DNA of 64,000 nucleotides from an uncultured Actinomycetota bacterium (GTDB lineage Bacteria; Actinomycetota; Actinomycetes; Mycobacteriales; Mycobacteriaceae): NCBI GenBank assembly GCA_963760095.1, contig CAVXBT010000014.1, positions 64,359 to 128,358 of the forward strand, read 5' to 3'. Shown piece by piece: positions 55,550 to 64,000 of this stretch (position 1 is its first letter; each line of letters starts with the position of its first letter). The notes under the pieces were generated by a model. It saw only the letters and a program-made list of their open reading frames with translations, ran no database searches and was not told where the DNA came from. The position numbers and the translations under genes were made by a program.

Positions 55550-55978
55550 GTGCGCACCGGCATCACCAGCCTTGCAGACGCTCTGGTTAGCGCCTCGGTG
55601 GTGCTGACCGCCGCAATTATTTGCGCTGGCGCGGCAAGCGCCGACCCGAGCCAGCAGGATCAGTTTGTGGCGCTGCTGGAACAAGATCAGATTCCCCTCA
55701 TCGATAACTTGCCTGCTCTCGTCGCCCGAGCCCATCGAATTTGTGGCGAACTCGATGGCGGCGCCTCGGTCGAGACCGTGGTAAACGAAGAGATGAACGG
55801 TATTTTCGAGGAAAATCCGGCTTACCACCAAATTTCCGATCGGGTTAGAAGAACCTCGGTCAGATTCGTCGCCGTATCAGCGGACGTCTACTGCCCAAGC
55901 CATCTTGTCGATCCGTATGTAGGCGACGTCGGCTTCTCTATCCTTGGTCCAGTGTCAGGGGTACGTCACCAGACGTAG
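55550..55978 (+). CDS. DUF732 domain secreted protein (element cargo)
   Basis: Signal peptide ASA-DPSQQDQF, AHRICGEL...ADVYCP. Confidence 0.75.
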   Translation: MRTGITSLADALVSASVVLTAAIICAGAASADPSQQDQFVALLEQDQIPLIDNLPALVARAHRICGELDGGASVETVVNEEMNGIFEENPAYHQISDRVRRTSVRFVAVSADVYCPSHLVDPYVGDVGFSILGPVSGVRHQT

Positions 55979-56229
55979 ACGGGATTCGTTGTGGGGCAAG
56001 AGAATCCCACGACACATGTTCGACATGCATCGTTGCGGAACACATGCTTGAAATGCAATTTAATGCTGCTCACCTTTGCGGAGACTGCATGACTGACGAA
56101 GTGCAAAGCGCGAACCAATTGATGCAGCAGTTCAGCTAGTTCGATGAATCCCCGCTGAAGCGCCTCAGCGAGTGGGCCCACCACAGGAGAGTTGTGGCGG
56201 GCCGATCAACCGTTTAGCCGCGGTGTTCG

Positions 56230-56457
56230 TCATGGCCTTACCCCTGGCCCAGGCGCAGAGAACGGTCCTTGGTGCAGGCCGGAGAACGGTCCCTGGTGGA
56301 GGACGGAGAACGGTCCTTGGGTATGAACCCGGGAGTGCGGCACAGGTGGCGTCCACGTCCCGTGGGCGTGTGCCGTACCGGCGAACCCCAGCGAGGCACC
56401 GAAGAGCAGTACCGCAACGGTGAGAGCGTTCCGGATGGTGAGTGCGAATGTGTTCAT
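56230..56457 (-). CDS. Small secreted peptide with three H(T)QGPFS repeats (element cargo)
   Basis: 75 aa; signal peptide ending AHA. 24-bp tandem repeat GAGAACGGTCC.. at 56258, 56282 and 56306. Confidence 0.65.
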   Translation of the reverse strand: MNTFALTIRNALTVAVLLFGASLGFAGTAHAHGTWTPPVPHSRVHTQGPFSVLHQGPFSGLHQGPFSAPGPGVRP

Positions 56458-56577
56458 CGGGGTTCCAGTATGCCAGCGAGAACCCCCATCTTGACGCCTA
56501 AGTAAGCTGAAGTCACCCTTGTCGTCGCCCGCCTACCAGATCCGTGACGGGCGACGCTACGCGCGGGCCGGAGCCCT

Positions 56578-56599
56578 GTCCGCAGTGCGTCCGCAGCAG
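56578..56599 (+). repeat. 22-bp arm-like repeat, copy 2
   Basis: GTCCGCAGTGCGTCCGCAGCAG, about 87 bp inside attR. Confidence 0.7.
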
Positions 56600-56685
56600 T
56601 GTTTTCCGTACCTTCTAAACGCCAACAGATCCAACGCTCTGACCTGGGGCGTGCTGGCCCAGCCGACGCAGTTTGCCTAGGTAAT

Positions 56686-56711
56686 AGTTCGCGGTCAACC
56701 CGTTTAAGCCC
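56686..56711 (+). repeat. attR core AGTTCGCGGTCAACCCGTTTAAGCCC
   Basis: 25/26 identical to 55044-55069. Reads FAVNPFKPVS*, a displaced copy of the gene end. Confidence 0.88.
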
Positions 56712-56812
56712 GTGTCATAGGACAATTGACGGCCTGAGGGGCCCGCTTCTCACAGGTATTTCATAAGTCGTACCCAGCGGGCCCTATCCGTTGCCCACGC
56801 ATCATTTCAAGT

Positions 56813-57163
56813 ATGAGCGAAACACCTGAAATCCCAACCAGGCCGACCACCGTCGCCACCGAGCCAGCGACCGTGCCTGTCAAACCATATTGGCTCTACC
56901 GATTCGCAGCGTGGGTTGTCATCGTTGCCGGCATCGTCTTCATCGTCACGACCGTTTTCTTCGCCGGCTTCAAGGTCGCCCACATCGGCCACCACGGGTG
57001 CCATCACCACGGGTGGCACCACCAGCACTCGATGGGTCAGCAGGGCCCAGACGGCGCGCACCACCACGGCCAGGGCGCTGGATTCCACGGCGGGTTAGGC
57101 GGTCCGGGACCGTCGCACATGCCCGAGTCTGTAACTCCATCGCTCGCTCCGGTGCACCCGTAG
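56813..57163 (+). CDS. Pro/His-rich single-TM protein (Rv3706c-like)
   Basis: LYRFAAWVVIVAGIVF TM helix and His-rich tail. CATCAT -10 hexamer 7 nt upstream. Confidence 0.75.
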   Translation: MSETPEIPTRPTTVATEPATVPVKPYWLYRFAAWVVIVAGIVFIVTTVFFAGFKVAHIGHHGCHHHGWHHQHSMGQQGPDGAHHHGQGAGFHGGLGGPGPSHMPESVTPSLAPVHP

Positions 57164-57198
57164 CCTGAGCCGAAGCGGCGGAGCATCACCAATTCCAT

Positions 57199-57229
57199 GA
57201 GCCCGGCGTCCCAAGGGGGCGCCGGGCTC
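57199..57229 (+). terminator. GC-rich hairpin terminator
   Basis: GAGCCCGGCG-TCCCAAGGGGG-CGCCGGGCTC. Confidence 0.65.
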
Positions 57230-57309
57230 CTAGTTGTTCGTCATGCGCAGGCGGAGCGCTGCGCTCGTCACGGTCGCGGCGGCCGCTGACCTGAGGCATT
57301 ATGCGAGGT

Positions 57310-57486
57310 ATGAGCGAGACAACCGAGCCGTCGATCCCGTCGTCTCCCGCCACGCCGGCGCCCGTCGTAGTGCCGGCGCCAGATTCCGAAAGGCTTTACC
57401 AAGCAGCGGCCTGGGTGGCCATCATTGCGGGAATCACGCTCATCGCCGTGGTCATTCTGAAATTCGCCTGGGTGCTCTGGAATTGA
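57310..57486 (+). CDS. Short paralog of the Pro-rich single-TM protein
   Basis: RLYQAAAWVAIIAGI. CATTAT -10 hexamer 7 nt upstream. Confidence 0.7.
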   Translation: MSETTEPSIPSSPATPAPVVVPAPDSERLYQAAAWVAIIAGITLIAVVILKFAWVLWN

Positions 57487-57583
57487 GACGGTGAGTGCCG
57501 GAGGGGTATGTGCCGGCACTTCGGCGTCCGACTCGCGCGGGCAGTTGGTTGATGGCCGGGCCATGTCTGGGCATGATCGAGGC

Positions 57584-58006
57584 ATGACCCAGACCCCCGA
57601 ACCGCCGCTCCCGTCTCCTCCGGACCCGCCTCCGCCGCCCTATACGGCTGCGCCCCCGTACCCGGCCAAGCATTCGCGCCTGTATCAAGTGGCGGCGTGG
57701 GTGGTGATCGTCGCAGGCATCGTGTTCGTGGTGGCGGTGGTCTTCTTCTCTGGTGCCGCGGTCGCCTGGCATCACAATTACCATCATCACCACGGCATGT
57801 ACGGTCCGTTCGATCCGGAGAGTCCCGACGGCCCGCCCGGTCCGTGGCCGCTCTTCCCGGGTGGACCGTTTCCTCCGGGGATGGGCCCCGGCTGGCCCGG
57901 TGGCCCGACGATGCCGGGTCCCTTCGGCCCGGGTGGCCCCGGTGGTCACGGCGAACACGGCGGTCATGGCGATCAGGGAGAGCCGCCGCCGCCTCCGAAC
58001 CCGTAG
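57584..58006 (+). CDS. Pro/His-rich single-TM protein (Rv3705A-like)
   Basis: RLYQVAAWVVIVAGIVF, HHNYHHHHG and a GP-rich tail. CATGAT -10 hexamer 6 nt upstream. Confidence 0.78.
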   Translation: MTQTPEPPLPSPPDPPPPPYTAAPPYPAKHSRLYQVAAWVVIVAGIVFVVAVVFFSGAAVAWHHNYHHHHGMYGPFDPESPDGPPGPWPLFPGGPFPPGMGPGWPGGPTMPGPFGPGGPGGHGEHGGHGDQGEPPPPPNP

Positions 58007-58069
58007 CTTCATTTCGCCTAGCCCAGTTGGCATGATCAGACCGATGACTATTGATGCCGGCCCAGCCCG

Positions 58070-58735
58070 TTGAGCTCTAGGCGATTGAGTCGCGCCGGGC
58101 GGGTCGTCGCCGCCGCGGCCGGTTGCGTCGCGGTCGCATTCGCGGCCCCGGTCGCGGCGGCCCGGCCTTCGGACCCGGGTGTGGTGAGCTACGCGGTTCT
58201 GGGCAAGGGCTCAGTGGGCAACATCGTCGGCGGGCCGATGCGCGACGAATCGCTGTTCACCCGGCCGTTCCAGGGGTACTTCGTCGACAACCCGGTGTGC
58301 AACAACTGGGCCGACATCGGGCTGCCGGAGGTCTTCGGTGATCCCGACCTGGCGTCATTCAACGCTGCCACCACGCAGACCTCGCCGACCGATCAGACCC
58401 ACCTCGTCAAGCAGGCGGTCGGTGTGTTTGCCACCGGCGACGCCGCCGGCGCGGCGTTTCACCGCGTCGTCGACCGCACTGTCGGCTGCGCCGGGCAGAC
58501 CACGGCCATGCACCTGGAAAACGGAACCACGCAAGTGTGGTCGTTTGACGGCGGTCCGCCGGGCGCTGCCGATGCGGCGTGGAGCAAGCAGGAAGCGGGA
58601 ACCGACCGTCGATGTTTCACCCAGACCCGTCTGCGGGAAAACGTCGTGCTGCAAGCCAAAGTCTGTCAGTCGGGCAATGGTGGTCCGGCGGTGAACGTGC
58701 TGGCCGGCGCCATGGAGAACGCTCTGGGGCAATGA
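58070..58735 (+). CDS. Secreted PknH-like sensor-domain protein (Rv3705c ortholog)
   Basis: Signal peptide, Cys pairs, VKQAVGVF, ENVVLQAKVCQ; precedes egtA. Confidence 0.8.
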   Translation: MSSRRLSRAGRVVAAAAGCVAVAFAAPVAAARPSDPGVVSYAVLGKGSVGNIVGGPMRDESLFTRPFQGYFVDNPVCNNWADIGLPEVFGDPDLASFNAATTQTSPTDQTHLVKQAVGVFATGDAAGAAFHRVVDRTVGCAGQTTAMHLENGTTQVWSFDGGPPGAADAAWSKQEAGTDRRCFTQTRLRENVVLQAKVCQSGNGGPAVNVLAGAMENALGQ

Positions 58736-58859
58736 CCGCCGGCGAGCAGGCGGGAATATGTCGGTGCCGTCTGGAAGATAGAACCTTGTGACTATCGTTG
58801 GGTAGCCGCGCGCAACCAGCGGTCCGCGACCGACGGTCCGGGCCCGAAGGGATCGGATT

Positions 58860-60137
58860 ATGGCGTTTGCCGTCGCGTCGCAGTTGGATCCCGCGCGCCT
58901 CGCCGACGGCGAGCTGGCCAGTGCGTCGGCTGCGGCTCAGCACATCGCCGACACCTGCTTGTCCGACGGCCCAGTGGGGCGGGTCGGCCTGGAGGTCGAG
59001 GCGCACTGTTACGACCCGGCCGAGCCGCACCGCCGGCCGACCTGGGATGAGATCACCGAGGTTCTGGGGTCCCTTCCGGCGATGCCGGGCGGCAGCGTGG
59101 TCACAGTCGAACCTGGCGGCGCCGTGGAGCTCTCCGGCCCACCTGCACACGGCGTGACGTCGGCAATCGACGCGATCGGCGAGGACCAGGCAGAGCTGCG
59201 GAAAGCTTTTGCCGCTGCCGGTCTGGGGCTGGTGTCGCTGGGCGCGGATCCGCTGCGGCCGACCAAACGCATCAACCCGGGAGCGCGCTATCGCGCCATG
59301 GAGGAGTTCTTCGCAGCAAGCCACTCCGGGGCCGCCGGCGCGGCGATGATGACTGCGACCGCGTCGGTCCAGGTCAATCTGGACGCCGGGCCGCAGACCG
59401 GATGGGTGGACCGAGTCCGATTGGCGCACGCTCTCGGGCCCACCATGGTCGCGATCGCCGCTAATTCGCCGCTGCTCAGCGGAACATTCTCCGGCTGGCG
59501 GTCGACGCGGCAACAGGTGTGGAGTCGGCTCGACTCTGCGCGGTGCGGACCCATTCTGACCGCGAGTGGGGAGGATCCCGGCACCGACTGGGCGCGCTAT
59601 GCGCTCAAGGCGCCGGTGATGCTGGTGCACTGCCCTGAGCCGGTGCCGGTCACCCACCGAGTGCCCTTCGCTGATTGGGCCGACGGACGCGAGTTGCTAG
59701 GCGGTCGCCGGCCGACTCGCTACGACCTGGAATACCACCTGACCACGCTGTTCCCGCCGGTGCGTCCGCGGCAGTGGCTGGAGATCCGCTACTTGGACAG
59801 TGTCCCGGCCGCGATCTGGCCCGCGGTGGTGTTCACGCTGGTCACCCTGCTCGACGATCCGGTTGCCGCCGGCATCGCCGCCGACGCCGTCGAACCCGTC
59901 GCCACCGCCTGGGACACCGCCGCCCGGATCGGGCTCGACGACCCGCGGATCCGCACGGCGGCCAACCGATGCGTGGCGGCCGCCGCCGAACGCGCGCCAG
60001 CCGAGCTCGAAGAGGCGATGCAGCGCCTGGTGGCGGAGGTCGAACAGGGCCGATGTCCGGCCGACGACATGTCCGACCGGGTGATCGAAAACGGCATCGC
60101 GGCCACGGTGACCCAGCTGGCGCGAGGGGAGCTGTGA
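58860..60137 (+). CDS. egtA: Ergothioneine glutamate-cysteine ligase
   Basis: [35 protein letters not shown]. Confidence 0.93.
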   Translation: MAFAVASQLDPARLADGELASASAAAQHIADTCLSDGPVGRVGLEVEAHCYDPAEPHRRPTWDEITEVLGSLPAMPGGSVVTVEPGGAVELSGPPAHGVTSAIDAIGEDQAELRKAFAAAGLGLVSLGADPLRPTKRINPGARYRAMEEFFAASHSGAAGAAMMTATASVQVNLDAGPQTGWVDRVRLAHALGPTMVAIAANSPLLSGTFSGWRSTRQQVWSRLDSARCGPILTASGEDPGTDWARYALKAPVMLVHCPEPVPVTHRVPFADWADGRELLGGRRPTRYDLEYHLTTLFPPVRPRQWLEIRYLDSVPAAIWPAVVFTLVTLLDDPVAAGIAADAVEPVATAWDTAARIGLDDPRIRTAANRCVAAAAERAPAELEEAMQRLVAEVEQGRCPADDMSDRVIENGIAATVTQLARGEL

Positions 60138-61438
60138 CCTCACGCGAAGCGCTGGTCCGTGATCTGAGCCGAGCGCGGGAAAGAACGCTGCGGCTAGTGG
60201 ATTTCGACGACGCCGAGCTCCGCCGCCAGTACCACCCGCTGATGAGTCCTCTGGTGTGGGATTTGGCGCATATCGGCCAGCAAGAAGAACTGTGGCTGTT
60301 GCGCGGCGGCGAATCCGACCGGCCGGGGATACTGTCCGGCGCGGTCGAAAACCTCTATGACGCCTTCGTGCACTCGCGGGCCAGCCGCGCCGACTTGCCA
60401 TTGTTGTCGCCGGGCCAGGCGCGCGCGTACTGCCGGACCGTGCGAGCGGCTTCGCTGGATGCCCTCGATCGGTTGCCTGACGAACCGGACCGCAATTTCG
60501 TGTTCGGGCTGGTGGTCAGCCACGAGAACCAGCACGACGAAACGATATTGCAGGCGTTGAATCTGCGCACCGGTCCGGCGCTGCTGCCGGACACCGGCGT
60601 GCTGCCGTCCGGTCGGCCGGGACTTGCCGCGACGTCGGTGCTGGTGCCCGGCGGCCCGTTCGTCCTGGGCGTCGACGTAACCGACGAGCCGTTCTCATTG
60701 GACAACGAACGCCCGGCCCACGTGGTGGACGTGCCGGCGTTCCGGATCGGACGCGTTCCGGTCACCAACGGTGAATGGCGGCAGTTCATCGACGACGGCG
60801 GTTACGCCCAACCGCGGTGGTGGTCCGCCCGGGGTTGGGAGCATCGGCAGAGCGCGGACTTGACGGCGCCTCAGTTCTGGAACGCCGACGGGCAGACACG
60901 CACCCGGTTCGGCCACATCGAGGACATTCCCGCCGACGAACCGGTCCAGCACGTCAGCTATTTCGAAGCCGAGGCATACGCGGCGTGGGCCGGCGCCCGG
61001 CTACCCAGCGAACGCGAATGGGAGAAGGCCTGCGCGTGGGACCCGCAGGTCAAAGCTCGCCGTCGCTACCCGTGGGGAGCCGACGAGCCGTCTTCGGCTC
61101 GTGCCAATCTCGGCGGCGACGCGCTGCGTCCGGCACCGGTCGGCGCCTACCCGGACGGCGCATCCGCTTACGGCGTCGAGCAGATGCTCGGCGACGTCTG
61201 GGAGTGGACCAGCTCAGACCTGCAGCCGTGGCCGGGCTTCATCCCGATGATTTACCAGCGCTATTCCCAGCCGTTCTTCGGCGGGGACTACCGGGTGTTG
61301 CGCGGCGGATCATGGGCAGTTGAGCCGGCGATCCTGCGGCCGAGTTTCCGGAACTGGGACCACCCGTATAGGCGTCAGATCTTTTCCGGTGTCCGGCTGG
61401 CATGGTCCGTCGATGGCGACGCAGGGAGCGACGCCTGA
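60134..61438 (+). CDS. egtB: Hercynine sulfoxide synthase
   Basis: [19 protein letters not shown]-sulfatase domain GDVWEW, RNWDHP. Confidence 0.95.
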   Translation: MTSREALVRDLSRARERTLRLVDFDDAELRRQYHPLMSPLVWDLAHIGQQEELWLLRGGESDRPGILSGAVENLYDAFVHSRASRADLPLLSPGQARAYCRTVRAASLDALDRLPDEPDRNFVFGLVVSHENQHDETILQALNLRTGPALLPDTGVLPSGRPGLAATSVLVPGGPFVLGVDVTDEPFSLDNERPAHVVDVPAFRIGRVPVTNGEWRQFIDDGGYAQPRWWSARGWEHRQSADLTAPQFWNADGQTRTRFGHIEDIPADEPVQHVSYFEAEAYAAWAGARLPSEREWEKACAWDPQVKARRRYPWGADEPSSARANLGGDALRPAPVGAYPDGASAYGVEQMLGDVWEWTSSDLQPWPGFIPMIYQRYSQPFFGGDYRVLRGGSWAVEPAILRPSFRNWDHPYRRQIFSGVRLAWSVDGDAGSDA

Positions 61439-62136
61439 TGTGCCGACACATCGGCTGGCTGGGACGCGAAGCCTCGATCTCGTCGCTGGTGCTCGACCCG
61501 CCGCACGGCCTCCGGGTGCAGTCGTATGCCCCGCGTCGACAAAAGCATGGGTTGCTCAACGCCGATGGTTGGGGCATAGGCTTTTTCGACGGCGCGACCC
61601 CGCGGCGTTGGCGCAGCGCGTCACCGTTGTGGGGCGACATCTCCTTCGAATCGGTGGCACCGGCGCTGCGGAGTCACTGCGTGGTGGCGGCGGTGCGGTC
61701 GGCGACAGTCGGCATGCCGATCGAAGCCAGCGCGACCGCGCCGTTCACCGACGGGCAGTGGTTGCTGTCGCACAACGGAGTCGTCGACCGCGAAGCGCTG
61801 CCGACCTGTTTGGCCGCCGAATCAACCTGCGACAGTGCAATTCTCGCCGCCTTCATATTCGACCGAGGCCTTGATGCGTTAGCGGAGACGATCGTCGAGG
61901 TCGGCGCCGCCGACCCGAACGCTCGGCTGAATATACTGGTGGCGAACGGTTCTCGGCTCCTTGCCACCACCTGGGGAGACACCCTGTCGATCTTGCGCCG
62001 CGATGATGGCGTGATACTGGCCAGCGAGCCCTACGACGACCACCCCGATTGGGAAGACATCCCGGACCGCCACCTCGTCGAGGTCACCGCCGAGCATGTC
62101 ACGTTCACCGCACTGAATCCTACGAAGGGACGATGA
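61438..62136 (+). CDS. egtC: Gamma-glutamyl-hercynylcysteine sulfoxide hydrolase
   Basis: N-terminal MCRH Ntn Cys, NADGWG, LSHNG. Confidence 0.95.
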   Translation: MCRHIGWLGREASISSLVLDPPHGLRVQSYAPRRQKHGLLNADGWGIGFFDGATPRRWRSASPLWGDISFESVAPALRSHCVVAAVRSATVGMPIEASATAPFTDGQWLLSHNGVVDREALPTCLAAESTCDSAILAAFIFDRGLDALAETIVEVGAADPNARLNILVANGSRLLATTWGDTLSILRRDDGVILASEPYDDHPDWEDIPDRHLVEVTAEHVTFTALNPTKGR

Positions 62137-63101
62137 TGACCCTGACCCTGTCCAACCACCTGGCCGCCGACTCGGCGTACGAGACGCTGTGCCGTGACGT
62201 GCGCGACGGGCTGCGGAGCACGCCGAAATCGCTGCCGCCCAAGTGGTTCTACGACTCGGTCGGCAGCGACCTGTTCGACCAGATCACCCGGCTGCCCGAG
62301 TACTACCCGACGCGCGCCGAGGCGGAGATCTTGCGGGCCCGCGCCACCGAGATCGCGTCTGTCACCGCTGCCGACACATTGGTCGAGCTGGGCAGTGGGA
62401 CGTCGGAGAAGACCCGGCTTCTGTTGAATGCACTGCAGCACGGCGGTGCGCTGCGCAGGTTTGTCCCGTTCGACGTCGACGCCAGCATACTGTCGTCCGC
62501 CGCGTCCGCCATCCAGCACGAGTATCCCGGCATCGAAATCGCGGCTGTCTGTGGCGATTTCGAGAAGCACCTGGCCAAAATCCCGGGCGGCGGCCGGCGG
62601 CTGTTCGTGTTCTTGGGCTCGACGATCGGAAACCTCGACTCCGGCGCGCGCGCCGAGTTCTTGGCGGCGTTGGCGGCGGTGCTCCAGCCGGGTGACAGCC
62701 TGTTGCTGGGCACAGACCTGGTCAAGGACGTCGGCCGGCTCGTCCGGGCTTACGACGACGCCGCCGGCGTGACCGCGCAGTTCAACCGTAATGTGCTGGC
62801 GGTCATCAACAGAGAACTCGACGCCGACTTCGACCTCGATGCTTTCCGGCACGTCGCCACATGGAACAGCGAAGACGAGCGAATGGAAATGTGGCTGCGT
62901 GTCGAGCGGGCTCAAAAGGTCTACATCGGCGCGCTGAAGCTGGCCGTCGAGGTCGCCGCCGGCGAAAAGCTGCTCACCGAATTGTCCTGCAAATTCCGGC
63001 CGGAAGTCGTGGCCGCCGAACTGGCTCAGGCCGGGCTGCGGCGCACCCGATGGTGGACCGACGCCGCCGGGGATTTCGGGTTGTCGCTGTCGGTCAAGTG
63101 A
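62133..63101 (+). CDS. egtD: Histidine N-alpha-trimethyltransferase
   Basis: [29 protein letters not shown]. Confidence 0.95.
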   Translation: MMTLTLSNHLAADSAYETLCRDVRDGLRSTPKSLPPKWFYDSVGSDLFDQITRLPEYYPTRAEAEILRARATEIASVTAADTLVELGSGTSEKTRLLLNALQHGGALRRFVPFDVDASILSSAASAIQHEYPGIEIAAVCGDFEKHLAKIPGGGRRLFVFLGSTIGNLDSGARAEFLAALAAVLQPGDSLLLGTDLVKDVGRLVRAYDDAAGVTAQFNRNVLAVINRELDADFDLDAFRHVATWNSEDERMEMWLRVERAQKVYIGALKLAVEVAAGEKLLTELSCKFRPEVVAAELAQAGLRRTRWWTDAAGDFGLSLSVK

Positions 63102-64000
63102 GCGCAAGCCTGGCCCAAACCTGGCGGGATGTCCGGCCGCCGGTCGCCGGGTTGCACCTGGACAGCGCTGCCTGTTCGCGCCAGAGCTTCGCCGTGCTCG
63201 ACGCCGCCGCACGGCACGCGCAACACGAGGCCGAGGTCGGCGGATACGTCGTGGCTGAGGCGGCCACACCTGTCCTGGACGCCGGACGCGCGGCCGTCGC
63301 CACGCTCACCGGCATGCCCGGCGCGGAGGTGGTGTTCACCACCGGGTCGCAGCATGCGCTGGATCTGTTGCTGGCCAGCTGGCCGCCGGGCGGCCGGACG
63401 CTGGCCTGCCTACCCGGCGAATACGGGCCCAACCTGGCCCTGATGGCGGCGAACGGCTTCGCCCGCCGGATATTGCCGACGGATGACGAGGGCCGGGTGG
63501 CCGTCGACGAGGCAGCGGTCAGCCTGGCCGAGGATCCACCAGAGCTGGTCCACCTGACCGCGGTGGCCAGCCACCGTGGGGTGGTGCAGCCGCTGGAGCA
63601 GATGGTGCGGCTGTGCACCGAACTGGGGCTGCCACTGGTCGTCGACGCCGCCCAGGCGCTCGGGCAGGTGGACTGCTCGGTGGGCGTCGATGCGGCGTAT
63701 GCGTCGTCGCGCAAATGGCTGGCCGGCCCGCGCGGGGTCGGCGTTCTTGCCGTCCGCCCGACCCTGATGCAACGGTTGTGGCCGCGACTGCCGCCGCCGG
63801 AATGGGCGGCTTCGCTGTCGATTGCCCAACGACTTGAACTTGGTGAAGCCAACATTGCTGCACGAGTAGGGTTTTCGATGGCGGTCGCCGAACACTTAGC
63901 AGCTGGCCCGGCTACGGTGCGTGCCCGGCTTACGGAGGTGGGCCGGATCAGCCGGACTGTGCTCGCCGATGTGCATGGCTGGCGCGTCGTTGAAGCGGTC
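63098..64000 (+). CDS. egtE: Hercynylcysteine sulfoxide lyase (PLP), partial at the right edge
   Basis: Manual translation [30 protein letters not shown]...VDAAQALG...[11 protein letters not shown]. Confidence 0.93.
   Translation, partial: MSASLAQTWRDVRPPVAGLHLDSAACSRQSFAVLDAAARHAQHEAEVGGYVVAEAATPVLDAGRAAVATLTGMPGAEVVFTTGSQHALDLLLASWPPGGRTLACLPGEYGPNLALMAANGFARRILPTDDEGRVAVDEAAVSLAEDPPELVHLTAVASHRGVVQPLEQMVRLCTELGLPLVVDAAQALGQVDCSVGVDAAYASSRKWLAGPRGVGVLAVRPTLMQRLWPRLPPPEWAASLSIAQRLELGEANIAARVGFSMAVAEHLAAGPATVRARLTEVGRISRTVLADVHGWRVVEAV

Larger units (their letters stand above)
55044..56711. mobile_element. Decayed tyrosine-integrase element inserted in the 3' end of the DUF4185 gene
   Basis: 26-bp direct repeat (25/26) at 55044-55069 and 56686-56711, integrase remnant next to the left repeat, internal arm-like repeats, visibly AT-richer cargo. 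Confidence 0.85.

Noticed and set aside
55966-56184. 72-aa minus-strand ORF inside the integrative element
   Set aside because: No recognisable motif or clear RBS; too weak to call.
56258-56320. 24-bp tandem repeat considered as a mini-CRISPR
   Set aside because: No unique spacers and no cas genes; the period is a multiple of three and it encodes the peptide repeat.
58860-64000. egtABCDE operon as a novel pathway
   Set aside because: Well-characterised mycobacterial ergothioneine operon in canonical order.

Overview
High-GC Mycobacterium chromosome segment, probably a slow-growing non-tuberculous species (species not assignable from sequence alone). It is syntenic, in reverse orientation, with the M. 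tuberculosis Rv3734c to Rv3700c region. The conserved backbone runs tgs2, NUDIX, ligC/PrimPolC, lucA, tRNA-Ser(GGA), SRP RNA, Rv3722c-type aminotransferase, dnaX, cfa/FAD oxidoreductase (tuberculostearic acid), ami1, ybaB/recR, gatD/murT, dnaQ, leuA with its Leu-rich leader peptide, ask/asd, DUF4185, and egtABCDE. Accessory material includes degraded genes at the left end (PE-PPE with an in-frame stop, a fusion scar), two convergent MmpS-MmpL pairs, TetR modules with visible operators, and two notable insertions. (1) A 4.8 kb island in the leuA-ask gap encodes a small ParB/Srx-like protein, a papain-like C1 protease, a subtilisin-like S8 protease and an alpha/beta-hydrolase, none with a signal peptide; it is a candidate protease-gated conflict/defence system. 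(2) A decayed 1.67 kb tyrosine-integrase element sits in the 3' end of the DUF4185 gene, bounded by a 26-bp att repeat, and carries a DUF732 gene and a secreted peptide with HxQGPFS repeats. Orthology calls come from motif recognition and synteny, not from database searches.
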